Of a DNA stretch of 64,000 nt, positions 13,600 through 27,247 are shown in pieces (the stretch's first letter is position 1; each line of letters begins with the position of its first letter). The DNA lies in NCBI GenBank assembly GCA_030324005.1, contig JARDVH010000073.1, forward strand, positions 56,226,870-56,290,869, given 5' to 3'. This stretch comes from Negaprion brevirostris (lineage: Eukaryota). A program made the translations under genes and the position numbers. The notes beneath the pieces were generated by a model. That model searched no databases and was not told where the DNA came from. It saw nothing but the letters and a program-made list of their open reading frames with translations.

Positions 13600-13852
13600 G
13601 ACAGTGATGAGAAAACATTTATTTGCTCAGAGGATAGTGAATCTGTGAAATTCTTTTCTGCACAGAAATGTAGAGGCTGAGTTGTTAAGTATGTTCAAGG
13701 ATGAGAGGGACAGATTTTTAATCTGTAAGGAAATCAAAGGTTAAGGGAATGCAGTAGGAAAGTGGAAATGAGGATTATCATATCAAATCAGACATAATCA
13801 CTTTGAATCGGCTGATGGGCTGAATGGCCAATTTTTGCTCCTCTGTCTTATG
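13600..13852 (+). mobile_element. CR1 LINE 3' end fragment
   Basis: gatgagaaaacatttatttgctcagaggatagtgaatctgtgaaattc (R..F.QRVV..WN motif) and the CR1 3' UTR gggctgaatggcc...ctcct...tcttatg. Confidence 0.75.
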
Positions 13853-16704
13853 GCAGACAGGAACATAAAGTATCACAAGAGTATCANNNNNNNNNNNNNN
13901 NNNNNNNNNNNNNNNNNNNNNNNNNNNNNNNNNNNNNNNNNNNNNNNNNNNNNNNNNNNNNNNNNNNNNNNNNNNNNNNNNNNNNNATCAAAATCATTTT
14001 TGTGATGATGTTGTAAAACTAGTCTGCATTAGTGTTGTAAAGAATCCAATGGTGAGCCACACTTCCAGCTCCACAACACTGGGAATGCATTTAGCACATT
14101 TTTGAATACAATATTGCTCATCAAAAGGGTTCCTCACCAGGACCTTGCCCCCTATGCTCAATCTATAGGCCACACCACATATAATCTCGCCAATGTCTTT
14201 CACAACTATATATGTGTCATGAACCTAACAAGTCACACTTGTCTCGAGATGATTTGTTTGTCTACCTTGTGTAGAGTTCCCTGCACCACGCAATGTTTCG
14301 TCAACCACCAACAGCACTTCGCACCTGGGATGGAGAGGGATGAAGCAGTGAAAAGGCAGGGGTGAAGTGCCGACTTTGGAAATGGGCATTTGGGCTGTGG
14401 CAACACTAGAGGTTCCAGGATGAAGTTCAGCTCGGGGAATTGGCAAGATTCAGATTTCAGTAACACAAGAATTACTGGGTGAGGCCTGCACTGGGGTGGG
14501 AAAAGGAATGCTCACACATGACTAGAGCACTACAAGAAGGTGAAGGAGGAGAGCTTCAATATCACACTATTCCAGAGATCTCAAGATGGGGATGATCAAG
14601 GGCCACTTGGGTGATTGGCAGATTTGTGTTCACAGCGGGGCCAAGGTTTAGTGTTATGAGTGAGAGGTCATGGAGTGAGAGACAACTCAATGTCTTGCTC
14701 CATCAGGGGTTTGGGAGGATTTTGTGCATTCACACTGGGAGAAGCCAAATTGGGCGAGCACTGTGATCTCTGCACCACCATCTTGTAACATGGAGTGACT
14801 GGGCAACAAAGGATTTAACTGAGGGCAAACTCAACTGGTGAGTTCCCTAGTGCATCGGCCAAATAAAGGGTCACCCAACAGATAAAAATAAGGAGAAATA
14901 CACAGCTGGGATATGTCATGAGCCCTTTATTCACAATGCAGGAAATCAGGAGAGGTATCAATGAAGGGCATTCATGTGAGGTTAATACCGATAAATGGCA
15001 CAAATAAATCATCTTGCCTTAATCCTTTGGTAACAGCCTCAAAATTGCCCAGGACAAGAAGGGAATGAGAAGCAACTGGGCAACTTAACCTGTCTCACAT
15101 GCTGATTACAATTGTTCTGCTCACAGGTACACCCATGGGATATAATTAATATTTTCTATTGGGTACATTGTCACGAACCACCCCCCACCACCACCCCCTC
15201 CCCCCCCCACCCCANNNNNNNNNNNNNNNNNNNNNNNNNNNNNNNNNNNNNNNNNNNNNNNNNNNNNNNNNNNNNNNNNNNNNNNNNNNNNNNNNNNNNN
15301 NNNNNNNNNNNNNNNNNNNNNNNNNNNNNNNNNNNNNNNNNNNNNNNNNNNNNNNNNNNNNNNNNNNNNNNNNNNNNNNNNNNNNNNNNNNNNNNNNNNN
15401 NNNNNNNNNNNNNNNNNNNNNNNNNNNNNNNNNNNNNNNNNNNNNNNNNNNNNNNNNNNNNNNNNNNNNNNNNNNNNNNNNNNNNNNNNNNNNNNNNNNN
15501 NNNNNNNNNNNNNNNNNNNNNNNNNNNNNNNNNNNNNNNNNNNNNNNNNNNNNNNNNNNNNNNNNNNNNNNNNNNNNNNNNNNNNNNNNNNNNNNNNNNN
15601 NNNNNNNNNNNNNNNNNNNNNNNNNNNNNNNNNNNNNNNNNNNNNNNNNNNNNNNNNNNNNNNNNNNNNNNNNNNNNNNNNNNNNNNNNNNNNNNNNNNN
15701 NNNNNNNNNNNNNNNNNNNNNNNNNNNNNNNNNNNNNNNNNNNNNNNNNNNNNNNNNNNNNNNNNNNNNNNNNNNNNNNNNNNNNNNNNNNNNNNNNNNN
15801 NNNNNNNNNNNNNNNNNNNNNNNNNNNNNNNNNNNNNNNNNNNNNNNNNNNNNNNNNNNNNNNNNNNNNNNNNNNNNNNNNNNNNNNNNNNNNNNNNNNN
15901 NNNNNNNNNNNNNNNNNNNNNNNNNNNNNNNNNNNNNNNNNNNNNNNNNNNNNNNNNNNNNNNNNNNNNNNNNNNNNNNNNNNNNNNNNNNNNNNNNNNN
16001 NNNNNNNNNNNNNNNNNNNNNNNNNNNNNNNNNNNNNNNNNNNNNNNNNNNNNNNNNCCCCCCATCCTCCTCCAGTTACACATACCCAGATTTCACGTAG
16101 TAGTGACCAGTGTTACTTGAAAAGTCCTGAGATTGCAACACTACCACTTTAAAAGGCTTCCAGCACATTCCCTATCTGCAATGGTGCTGTGTGCACTAAA
16201 ACCCAGCAGAATCCCTTGGACCTAGGTCCATGCTGAAAATCAGACACTGTGATCACATACCTGCACACCCCTCCCGATCCGAAACACGACTGCCACAAAA
16301 TGACCCTCTCAGCACCACAGAGCTGTCCAACACTTGCCTCCTCAGAAGATGACTTTTAAAGAGGAGGTGTTTTCCAAGCTGATTTGGATGGGACGAACGA
16401 GGTGGTAAAGGCAGGCAGGCTGGTAAATTGGAACGTGCAGCTCACTAATTGCATTGAGATGATGCAATAATATTTAAATTGATGTTGTGCCCATTTTGAG
16501 AAGGCCCCCGATCGTGCTGATTTTCTTCCCTTCATAAAGTAGGAACTGGTGCGAAAATGTGCGTAGATTGCACTAATCTCCTCATGCCCCACTTCATCAC
16601 ATTTTCATGCCTGGAAATGGGTGCAATGCAATGATAAAATTCCATCCCTTGCCTCTTGTCCTTCTTCTTCTACATTCAGGCATTTTTTATATTTTCCTGT
16701 TCTC

Positions 16705-17009
16705 CATAGAATCCCTACAGTGCCAAAAGTGGCCATTTGTCTTATCGGGTCTGAACAGGTTCTCCAGAAGAGCACTTCCAGGCTTCCCTTTCCACCCTAT
16801 CTCTATAATTCCATCCATTTACCATTGCTAATTCACTTCTTCAGACACTAAAGGACAATTTAGCATGGTCAATCCACTTACCCTGCACACCTTTGGATTG
16901 TAGGTGGAAACTAGAGCACACTAAGGAAGGCCGTGCATACACAGGGAGAATGTGAATCGAACCCAGGTCTCTGGTGCTGTGAGGCAGCAGTGCTAACCAC
17001 TGTGCCACC
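16705..17009 (-). mobile_element. HE1/V-SINE-like tRNA-derived SINE, partial
   Basis: Reverse complement gives ggtggcacagtggttagcactgctgcctcacagcaccagagacctgggttcgattc (A and B boxes) and ...ccatgctaaattg. Confidence 0.8.
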
Positions 17010-17770
17010 TGTTGCCCTTTGTGCCCCTCTGCTGCCCTTAGTGCAACTTATTGCCACTCCTGGCTATGGTCCATTTCATACGCTTGTACTTTACAGCATT
17101 TATGTTACCTTTGTGCCTATTCCAGTTAGACTCCCTTTTGGACAAATAGCATCATCCTGCGTCTCAGTATTATTTTGTCCATAGTCTGTTTCCTGTCATC
17201 TGCTCCTGATAACTGCTCAGTCCATGTTTATGAAGTGCACAGTGCCTCCTCATTTGGTATGTGTTGTTCAGGGCCTGTGAATGTATACCCAGTACCAATT
17301 AACCATGAACAATCCGATTAGCGTGTTATACTATTACTACTTGCAATTACTCCCTATTACATTGTCAGGCCATTTCCACTCTTTTTGGCCATCTCTTTCA
17401 TAATATACCATATCTCCTTCTCGAAATTCTATTCCTGATGGCCTTATGCAGTGTCAAATGGACGACCAAATTCTTTCTGAAAACTCAGCTTTGATTAAAG
17501 CTTTTCTGCTTGCATGCAAGGCATTCAAATGAGCAGCAAAAGTAGAGCTAATGCTGCTCCCTTCTAGAGCTGGGGGAGCCTCTGATAGCACCCTTGGATT
17601 TTTTCCATACACCAACTGGTATGAACTGTATACACCCCAATCATTTGCAAAGAGTTCTTTGTATGCATTGTCCGTGCCAATTTCATGTGCAATTTACAAT
17701 CTGCTTGACCAACTAATATTTTATGTAACATGTCATCTGTTATTTCATGGTCTCTTTCGCAAAGATCATT

Positions 17771-18085
17771 GGGCGGCATGGTGGCACAGTTGTTAGCACT
17801 GCTGCCTCGCAGCGCCAAGGATCTAGATTCAATTCTGGCCTCTGGTGACTGTCTGCATGGAGTTTGCCCAGTCTCCCCATGTCTATATGGATTTCCTCCA
17901 TGTGCTCCAGTTTCCTCCCACGCCCCAAAGATGTGTGGGTTAGGTTGATTGGCCATGCTAAATTGACCATTAGCGTCAGGAAGAGTAGATATAGGGGGTT
18001 ACAGGGATAGGGCCTGGGTGGTATTGTTGTTGTTTCAGGCCCAATGGGCTGAATGGACTCCTTCTTCTATAGGGATTCTATGATT
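17771..18085 (+). mobile_element. HE1/V-SINE-like SINE, near full length
   Basis: gggcggcatggtggcacagttgttagcactgctgcctc head, central ggatttcctccatgtgctccagtttcctccca domain, CR1-like tail gggctgaatgg...gggattctatga. Confidence 0.85.
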
Positions 18086-19574
18086 ACTAAAGAGGCTCTG
18101 ATTTGCAGTGTTACTTCAAAAACACCCTTCACTGTGGACAGTTTGTTGCATAATGATGTTGGGAATCATACCAGAAACAATAATTAACCATGCATTGTGT
18201 ACGTTTGTGGTTTAAATGCCTACAGTCAACATCCCAGGCATGCTTTTTGTCCCAACTTTCAAACTGGCTAGAGTAACATCCATTTTCAAACCTCCTGTCA
18301 TTTCTGTATTTTTGTATTGGAATTTTCATCTAATGTTCAGTTGACCTTGAAATTGGGCCACCATTGAATCCTTTTTCCTTTGTTTCATGGTATTTTTCTT
18401 TGTATTTGCTAAGATTTTACTAGCAATTCTCCTAACAAGGTGATTGCCACACTCTGGTTAGTAGCACATTGACATTACATGGACATATCCAGTGGTAGGT
18501 CACTGCAGTATAATCCAGAGAGGATGTTACAGATCACTTTGGCCTTAAGTGTATTTCACAAGCTGACAATCTGCAGGTCTCACCCAATAAGGAGAGCAAT
18601 GAAGGGGATGAGGTTAGTGAGGCTGAGGAAACCAAGGCTGCAGGCAAAGAGGCCATAGCATGGGCCAGGCAAGGCAGATGTGCATGTGAGGCCTTCACAG
18701 CCACCAGATTCCCAGAGGGGAAGGATAAGCAATAGTGAGATCATGGGAGAAGGCATGCTTCCTGAATTGGGGTCAACTAGAATAGGTTGTCCTGGAGACA
18801 GACGCTGCCCTTTCCAGTTTCTTGCATACATCCCAGTCGCATTACAGCCTACAAGCAGCAGCAACTGGTCTACTACCCATTGTGAACTCAGCACTTCATG
18901 CCTCCAATGTTATGTAACACATAAGACATGAGATTCAACAGCAGCAAAACTCTGTGTCATTTTGGGGATTCAACATAGGCACTATACTAGCATCTATCTT
19001 TCCTGAAAGTAGACAAGCTGGGTGTATACCTATTAGACTCAATCTTATACAGGCAAGAATTAACAATGCATGATCCTGCAAAGCATGTGAACTTGCTTCT
19101 CTCATGAGGGAATCTTACACAAAGGATGATGCGTCACTCATACTGGCAATTATATGCGAATGGGCACACACTGTTGTGCAATGGAAGCAAAGCACAAAGA
19201 CGGAGGCACCAGAAACCGACATTTGTGATAAGTAGAGAGAGGGATCACGGTATCATGATACCATCACGACACAGCTTGTCATAAAAATTGATGTGAAATA
19301 CATATTGTTGAAAATTATAAGCATGTGGTTAATTCCCATGCCATTGGTGCTCCTAGTATAGGTTCCGGCCGATAAGCATGCCTGGCATGTGTTGTGAGTG
19401 CAGCCACGGATGGGATGAACACCCAGCTCAAGAGGATATGAACCTGATGGAAGTAGTATGAAGCTGTGTGTCAAAATGAGTGGTGACATCCCTTTAGCTG
19501 GAGGTAGGTAAGATAATGTGAATATGTGATGGACCGGTGAGTGTGTGTGTTAGGAGTAATGAAATGTTGGACTT

Positions 19575-20035
19575 ACTCTGATGGCATAGAATGAGATCAT
19601 TCAGCATCTTCCTGCACCAGGTGGCAGCAGACCTCTTGTATGTGGGTTGGCACTGACAGCCGTTTCCACCGCCTCCCAAGCTGAAGTAGTGAGGGGTTGG
19701 AGGAGCTCCAGCTAACGCAAGATGGAGAACACTCTACTGCCTGCCTGAACTTCGAGACAACTGTCTTCTTGGCTTTTGGGACCATCTCATTGATTTGCAG
19801 CAGTCTTGAATTGCATGGAGTGATGCGGGTGTGTGTGGATGCACTTTAAAAATGGCACCACGGAGAGGCAGCGGCTGGCCAGTCCACCAGTGATCTGACT
19901 TGTTTGCCGTGTTTGAATATTTAATGAGCTCTGCAGTGGAGGATATGCCATGAAAACTCAGCATTGCGCCAACGGTAAACCTGCCATTTTTCAAGCTGCA
20001 GCAGCACTTAGTGTGCAAATTAGAAAATGCTGCCT
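19575..20035 (-). pseudogene. Harbinger Myb/SANT-like gene exon 1 remnant plus element end
   Basis: Minus strand reads MVPKAKKTVVSKF...SAWEAVETAVSAN, then after a frameshift KRSAATWCRKMLNDLI, followed by gtaagt. Homologous to 22789-23018. Confidence 0.7.
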
Positions 20036-22788
20036 TCAGTGCCTGTCTATAGACTGTACAAAAGACAACAAACAAGTGTTTTGAAAAGACACTTCAGTTT
20101 CTGAGAATTGTTTTCCAAATTCATGCTGAGTGGCTTGATATATTTTCATTTTTTTCACATTAACATTAAATTTTATTGGTCAATTCTCCAGGAAGTCAGT
20201 ACATACGTCAGCGACACAGTAGAGAGGTAAAAGTCTGTTTTGTCATCTTGATTGAATAAACAGTTAATGAATGAGCTAGACTTCATAGGCAGGATGCAGA
20301 GCCTGGGTCTCAACTCTTCATCAAGCTCAAGCAAGACCAAATAGAACACAAGAATAGCTGCAGAAGATGTAGAGGTAGAACAAATGTTGGAGACTGGGGA
20401 TTAGAGGATATGGAAAATGACTGAGCAATTGTATAGAAAATAAGAATCAAATTGTGGAAGTAAGTAAAAATAAAAGTTTGCAAACCAGAGAAAAGATGCT
20501 TCAAACATAGAATATGAAGTGTAACAGCATCACCCAGTGTTCAGAAGACAGAAAAGTAAGTGTGCCGAGGACATTCTGCAAAACCTGTCTTATTTTCTTC
20601 TTAAAAATTGTACCCAGATGTGACATCTGCTATTGATACAATGAGCTCATTTGTGACTCAAACGTCATAGTATAGGAAGTAGGCTTACTATGTCCAGGTG
20701 TGTGCTGTAAGAAACATTTAATATTTTATAGAAAGATAATATTCAACCCACCTCTGAACTTTCTTCATGTTCTGAAGTTACAAATGTACAATCATACAAA
20801 TTTCCTCTCTTCCACCTCTGCATTGTGCTAAATTCAAGGCTAATCACAGGTTCATAATGGAATTCATTCATTTCTTAAGTAGCCACTTGTATTTATATAG
20901 CCCTTGTAACAGAATTATGTAACAGAATCTCCCAAGACTCTACATACGTAAGTTATAAAGCAAAATTTGACATTAGGAGAAAAAGGCTAAAGCACCTGAC
21001 TGAAATAACACAGAAGCATCTTTTTCATACTTCTGATTTCACAAAAATAGTTCAGGCCTCTGGCCATTGGCATTGTCCAGCACTGCCATCAATTCCCCGT
21101 CTTCNNNNNNNNNNNNNNNNNNNNNNNNNNNNNNNNNNNNNNNNNNNNNNNNNNNNNNNNNNNNNNNNNNNNNNNNNNNNNNNNNNNNNNNNNNNNNNNN
21201 NNNNNNNNNNNNNNNNNNNNNNNNNNNNNNNNNNNNNNNNNNNNNNNNNNNNNNNNNNNNNNNNNNNNNNNNNNNNNNNNNNNNNNNNNNNNNNNNNNNN
21301 NNNNNNNNNNNNAAGGGTGTGATAGAAGTTTGGGACTGATTCGCCGACAGAAACCAAATGAAGCAAAGTGGACAGTGATAAAGGGCTTTTGAATCAGCTC
21401 TTGGGAAATTCTCATGTATCAGACAATTACAATTGCAGTAGGTGCCATGAGAAAGTGGTCTAAATGGGCACATTATAAGGTCAATTTGAGATTAAACACT
21501 GAGGAAGGCTTGTAGAAATTGGTAGTTATTGGTAAATCTTTTCTTCCTGTTTATCACTGTTATTTTTTCACTCTTGTTTGGTTGAAAAACCAGCAGGGAA
21601 TTGTTTTTCTATTTTTAGTATTTTGAAATGCGATGTCTAAAACGTGAGGGTTGGATCCTTGACAGAAGACTATTAAATGTAATTGGATCTCCCATCATGG
21701 GAAATGTAAGGTGATGAGAAGTTAGTGTTTGCAAGAAGCAAAGACAGTGGAATATTGTTGGTAGTAATTGAAAGGCTATGATGTTTGAGAGGGAGTATTG
21801 ACTTTGCGTTGATTTTGCAGTAGTGTAGGAAACTGAAAAGTGAGATATATTGCAGGATAATTTAGTGAGAATAATAGTGAGTAGAGGAAAATGAAAGGAT
21901 TTTAGGAGAGCAACTGATGTAAAGCATGGGGTCAGCAGAGGAAGTAAATGATGGAATAGGGAAGAAGAAAGGAATGAAAAAATATGTTTTAGACTTGCCT
22001 TTGCTTCATTGGGATATACCAACAAATGTCTTCGTCAGAAAATTACTTTGAAATATAGGGACCTATTTTATCATTTTGATTCTAAATGCTGGGTGGAATT
22101 GGAACTGGGAGTGTTTCAGATCCAATTTTTAGACCCATTCTGAGATGACCCCATATGCACTCTGGCTACAACAATATCAGCGAGTCCGAATTGCACTGCA
22201 CAAGCCTGTGGGCAGGGGTTAATGTGCCCGAAACCCTGCAGCTCCAATTGGTGTCTCCAACTGTGCAGGCACAGAAAATAAATGATAGAATGCTGTTCCT
22301 CCTGCCACATCCCTCCCAGGCTGGATAATGTGTCCCCCGGCCCCCAACAGACATTGCCCCACCCATCCCAACATTACTGACCCACTTCCCAACCCCCCAC
22401 CACCCAGATCGATCCCTTTCCCCCACCAATCTCAGGCTCCACACTCCCCCTTCCCCCACCGATCTCAGGCAGAGTGGCAGTGGATCTCCCCCTCGACACC
22501 AGGCCCCCATCTCCTCCTGAAATTGATGGCTGTATGACACTTCTCTTTCTCTCCTCTGTCCCCAATCATTGAGGCACTGATCCCCCACCTACCCCCATCT
22601 TCCCGCATCTTCCCTCCCACATCAGCACGGCTGCAAGTGTGCACTTGCCTTCCCCGCAATGCTAACAAGCAAACTGTATGTAATTTGCTGGAATGCCCTG
22701 CCGAACTGCTGCAGTTGACCTGAGCTAACGAGGGGCAGCTCCATTAAAAACACAACAATGGTCAGGCACACAAGCAGTACAGGAAAAA

Positions 22789-25025
22789 ATGACTACACGA
22801 CCAGCCCCCTGATTTACTGAGGGCAACCTGGGGAGGCTACTAGATGCGGCAGAGGCGAGGCATCCCACTCTCTTCCCCCCAGAAGGAAGCAGACCCGGGG
22901 GGCTGTTGGCAAAGCAGTCTGGGAGGCAGTTGTCGCCTCGGTCAGTGCTTTGCACTGGCCCCCAGAAACAGGAGGCAGTGCCGCAAAAAGGTTAAATGAC
23001 CTCATCCGGGCAGCAAGGATGAGTGCTGAACTCCATCCTGCATCTTTCCCTAAATCTTCCCCCAGATCCTTCAATCCCCAGCACCCTACATGTTTCCAGC
23101 ACCTGACACACAAGCACCTCCTTCCTATCCTCCCCAAGAGTTCCACTGCACTTGCCCTTTAAGGGCCACCACGTGATACTCTGCAGAAATCACGCCATCA
23201 TTTTTTCATGGCTCCTTGTGTCTCCATAGGAGAAGACTGGGGGTGGTGAGCCAGACTTCTGGGTCCTCACCTCCTTTGAAGAGCAGGTGCTGGAGATATC
23301 CTGGGAAGAAGTGGTGAAAGCTCTCAGTGACAGCATGGTCAGGCTGGAGTCAAGAAGTGAGCACCTGTCAATCCTCCACTGAATTTGAGGGAACTTTTCG
23401 GGACATGAGTTTTGGGTGTGAGAGGCAAGGTTTAAAGGAGATGTAAATGTTTATTTGCACAGTGAAGGGTGATGGGTGCCTGGAACTTGATGCTGAGGTC
23501 ACGGAGGCAGATACGATATTGACTTTTAAAGGGCATCTTTACAGCTACGTGAATGGGATGGGAATAGAGGCATATGATCCCCAGAAAGGAGAAAGTTACA
23601 ATTCAGCCTGGTTGCTGCAGGCTTGAAGAGGCAAAGGGCCTGATTCTGTAATGTAATCTTCTTTGTGCTTTGCTTAATGGTGAAATGTGAATTGCATCAT
23701 TTTTTGTACCCCAGATTCCTCTTCCTCCCTTGTGTCCTGTATTGCAGGGACAGATCCGGATGCTCCGGGACCATCTGGCATCATGGTCCCCACTGCAGCT
23801 CCCACCCATACTGCTCCAGCCAGCTCGGATTAGTCCTTAGATGACATGGGTGAAGGGACCTCTGAGGGTGGCACTGTTTTGGAGTCAGCTTCCACGTTGC
23901 AGTTCACCATCCAGATACTGACATGCTCGTGTGTCCAGTTGTGGTGAGGCTTCTGGTCACTCTCTAATGATGTATATCAGGTGGAGGAGGGAACGTCCAA
24001 GGCCTCTGGCATGCAGAGGCCTGTTGGAGGTGAGGATCAGCTGGTCCCAGGCTACATGCTGGGCCTCTGAGATCACTTCTCCCTCAGCTGCTGAAGATGC
24101 AGCAAGAGCCAGGCTGTCAAGAGAGTCTGACAGCCATAAGCGAGGCTGTTGGGAGGAGTCCCAAAGCTTTCAGATGTGCCAGCTATTGCCTGTCTTGTGT
24201 GGTGCCCAGGCCAACACTGTAAGGATGGCATCTGCAGTGGAAAACCGTGACAGGGGATCCTCACCATGAGTGGCAGGCTCCAAGCGAAGGCCGAGTCACA
24301 GCGGGCCACAGAGAAGTCCCAGAGGGTTGCGGCCGTGTTACAGCGGGCCAAGGCTGAGAGGCTGAACAGGGTTCTTGAGGTTCTGCAGTCCCTGGCTGAG
24401 AGGCTCAAGAGCTTTCAGAAGACCCAGCGGGACAGTGCTGAGACACAGCAGGCTACATCAGCAGTCCTTGAGAATGTGGTACAGTTGCAGAGGGCCGTGG
24501 CTGAGGGGCTGCAGAACATGGCCGAGTGTCAGACGGCACTTGCAGCAGCCATTGATAAGACGGCCCCAACTCAGGTGGCCATCGCAGAGGGCTCAGCCAC
24601 CATGGGTAGGACGCAAGTGGTCCTTCAGGACTAGCAGGACCAGGTGATGCCCAAACTGCGCAACTCACCGCAGAAGCACCATCATCCCATGGAATGACCA
24701 CAGGAATCCCAAGGGACAACGAAAAACTCGAGCCCATGCCAGGGCTGTCCAGCCAGGAGACTGTGGCAATGGCTATACCTTCTGACTCCCCCCTTCCTGA
24801 CACAGGGCATCTCAGGGGCAGGAGGATGAACAGGGTGTCATAGGAACGTCCCAGACACCTGGAAGCTGGCCAGGGCCCTCAAAGTCCAGGGTCTCCAGAG
24901 GATTCCAGTCACACGCATCATAGGCAACAGAGCAAGGTAGGCAGCTGGCTCCCTCCACCTCTGATGTACATTCTGAGGAGACACTGAGATTGAGTGGCAG
25001 GCCACATAAGGTTAGGGAGTTGTAG
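22789..25025 (+). pseudogene. Harbinger Myb/SANT-like (MSANTD/NAIF1-like) accessory gene; three inferred exons 22789-23018, 23230-23356, 23748-25025
   Basis: MTTRPAP*FTEGNLGRLLDAAEAR...WEAVVASVSA...QCRKK..NDLIRAAR across frameshifts; degenerate donor agg|atgagt; acceptor ccatag|GAGAAG then TGGGEPDFWVLTSFEEQVLEI; acceptor ttgcag at 23747. Multiple stops and frameshifts. Confidence 0.75.
23405..23665 (+). mobile_element. CR1 3' end inserted in intron 2 of the Harbinger Myb gene
   Basis: Closely matches 60430-60710 (aggtttaaaggagat...gggtgcctggaactt...gacttttaa.gg.catctt). Confidence 0.8.
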
Positions 25026-25606
25026 TTGGACTGAAATGGCATGTGTGAAGGATTGCACCAGTTAGATAGATATTTAATCAGCTTACTTTTTTTGTTAGAA
25101 CTTATTTAAACAACGTTATTGTGATCATTAAATGCTTTTTTCGCCACCCACCTGTGACGAATTTGCCTCAGATTTGTCTCAGATAGGAATCCTTTTCTAC
25201 TGACAATCGCTGGAGGGATGCTTCATGTTGATGTCAGTTGGGGAGGCTCCTCAATGATGTGTCATTGAGAAAAGGAAGCCATTGGATCCCCAGATCCCAC
25301 AAGCAATTCCCTTCCCTCCCCTACCCCACCTGCCCCAGGATCCTGTATGAGGGTTTCAGATCCCTTACCCACTACACAGACATGGGCTCAGGTGCCAACA
25401 TGCATGCAGAGGTCAGGTAGGAATCAGACCGGTTTGCACCAGGGCATCATCACAATGGTGCTTAGCGAGTTGTCATCACCCTCCTGCCTGCCATAGAAAT
25501 TTACTAACACAGCATACTCAGGCCGATCACCCTGGTGTGACAATGTTGCAGGAGACAAAAGGATTTTGGGGGTGCAGGGAGGGATGGAACCCACAGACAC
25601 AAGCAC

Positions 25607-25765
25607 CTAGTGACTGAACTGCCTGGTAATCAAGGCCTCCCTAGCTGCTCTTGCATGCCTCATTCAAGCTGCCAGCCCTCCACTGCCTTGGTGGTATTGC
25701 TCGGCATGCTGCCCTTCCTCTTCCTTCTCGTCCTGCTGGATAGCCTCCTCCCCAGCGAACTGGAA
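25607..25765 (-). pseudogene. HARBI1-type transposase C-terminal remnant
   Basis: Minus strand gives an acidic stretch (QDEKEEEG) followed by HARAAREALITRQFSH*. Confidence 0.6.
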
Positions 25766-25769
25766 TACA

Positions 25770-27245
25770 TATTTTTCCCTTTTTAGATCTATGGCTGCCT
25801 TGGAAAATAAACTTAGGATTTCCTTTAGGTTCTCTAGGTGTTCCTCATTTGTTTTTCATGTTATGAGGACATCATCCAGATAAATAGCCACCTGAACTGG
25901 GTCTTGTGAAATGTTTTCTATCATTTGCTGGAAAATTGCACAGCCTGATAATGCCCCATATGCAATCTTGTGTATTGGAAAAGGCCTTTATGCATGTTAA
26001 TTGTTGAATATCTCTGGGATTTCTTGTCTAGCTATAATTGTAAGTATGCATGACTCATATCAAGTTTTGGAAACCAGAGTCCTGCCAACTTCATATAAAT
26101 CCTCGATCCAAGAAATTGAGTATTTATCCAGCTGTGAGAAATGGTTTATTGTCTGTTTAAAATCCCTGCAAAGGCGGGCTGATCCATCAGCTTCAGAATT
26201 GGTATGACCAGTGCTGCCCGTTCCACAAACTGGACTGAACTGATGATCCTTTCATATTCCAGCCTCCAGATTTCAGTTTCAACCTTTTCTTGTAAGGCAT
26301 ATGGCACTGGGTGGATCTTGCAAAATTGCAGAATCACTTCCTGATAAACATATAAGCTTGCCTTTGTTCCTTTGAGTGTCCTTGGGCCTTCCTGGAAAAC
26401 TTTAGGGTACTTAAGCAGGACTTCACTAAGACAGCCATTCTCTTATTGAAAAATGTTGAGCCATTCCGAGTGGATCTCTTGCAAAAAATTTTGCCCCATT
26501 TGGCTTGGCCTTGAGCCCTCCACTACAATCATTGGTAACCAAACCAGTTGTCTTTCATAGAAACAGGGAAGGGATTGTACACACAATTTGTAAAGTTTCC
26601 TCTGTATAGATTCACAGTCTTACTGAGGTCTTGGTTAAAGGGAAGAGTGGGAGTCCAGAGCAAATTTTATGGAACACTGCTTCTCCAACCACTAATACGG
26701 CTGCACCCGTATCAACCTCCATTCATGCTGAATGTCCATTTAACCATTCTGTTATCTTAGTTGTGTCTCATTTGGACATCATCATTCAATTTAGTTGCTC
26801 TAAATCAGATGTAGGTGGACCTTCCAGGGTGTTCATTCTTTTGGATACCAGTCTTAAGTGTTGTTTTTCTAAATTTAGGTCTCAAAGGCCTGCTTTGCTG
26901 TTTCAACTCCGCATGCTGGTAACAATTAATGCATTGCCAGCGGGATTCTGAAGGGACTTGTAAATGTTTGGTCAAAGTTTGGCTTTGCTTTGGGGCTGCG
27001 CTGTGAGCAGTCCTGGAGCTACATATATCTACATACTTCCTGAGTGAAGCCATGTCATCACCTGCATTCAAGTGGTGGTCCCCTAACTCAGTTGAACTGG
27101 CATGGGTATCCAGTTCCCCTGGAATATCTTGCAACTCCTATGCTCTACTTGCAGTATTTTCCAATGATAAGGCCAGCTGTAGTGCTTGTTTGAAATCCAA
27201 TTGGGATTCAGCCAATAGGCGTTTCTGAATAGTTACGTTATTTGT
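25770..27245 (-). mobile_element. Gypsy gag-protease-RT internal fragment without LTRs
   Basis: Minus strand: NNVTIQKRLLAESQLDFKQALQLALSLE (gag), PVPYALQEKVETEIWRLE, INMHKGLFQYTRL, IFQQMIENI...VAIYLDDVLIT (RT YxDD). Confidence 0.88.
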
Positions 27246-27247
27246 AG

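Noticed and set aside
14200-15080. Possible further Harbinger remnants (also 16180-16640 and 18500-18900)
   Set aside because: Only vague compositional and motif resemblance; no TIR/TSD or clear peptide motif could be established.
15112-16152. Long ORFs of 300-400 aa here and at 46892-48088
   Set aside because: They consist almost entirely of N-gap codons.
17771-17845. tRNA-like A and B boxes (also 2913, 16960, 54690, 56909)
   Set aside because: These are SINE heads with no complete cloverleaf, so no tRNA gene is called.
20200-20670. CRE-like tacgtca and tgactca-aacgtca sites
   Set aside because: Short motifs expected by chance in 64 kb, with no supporting context.
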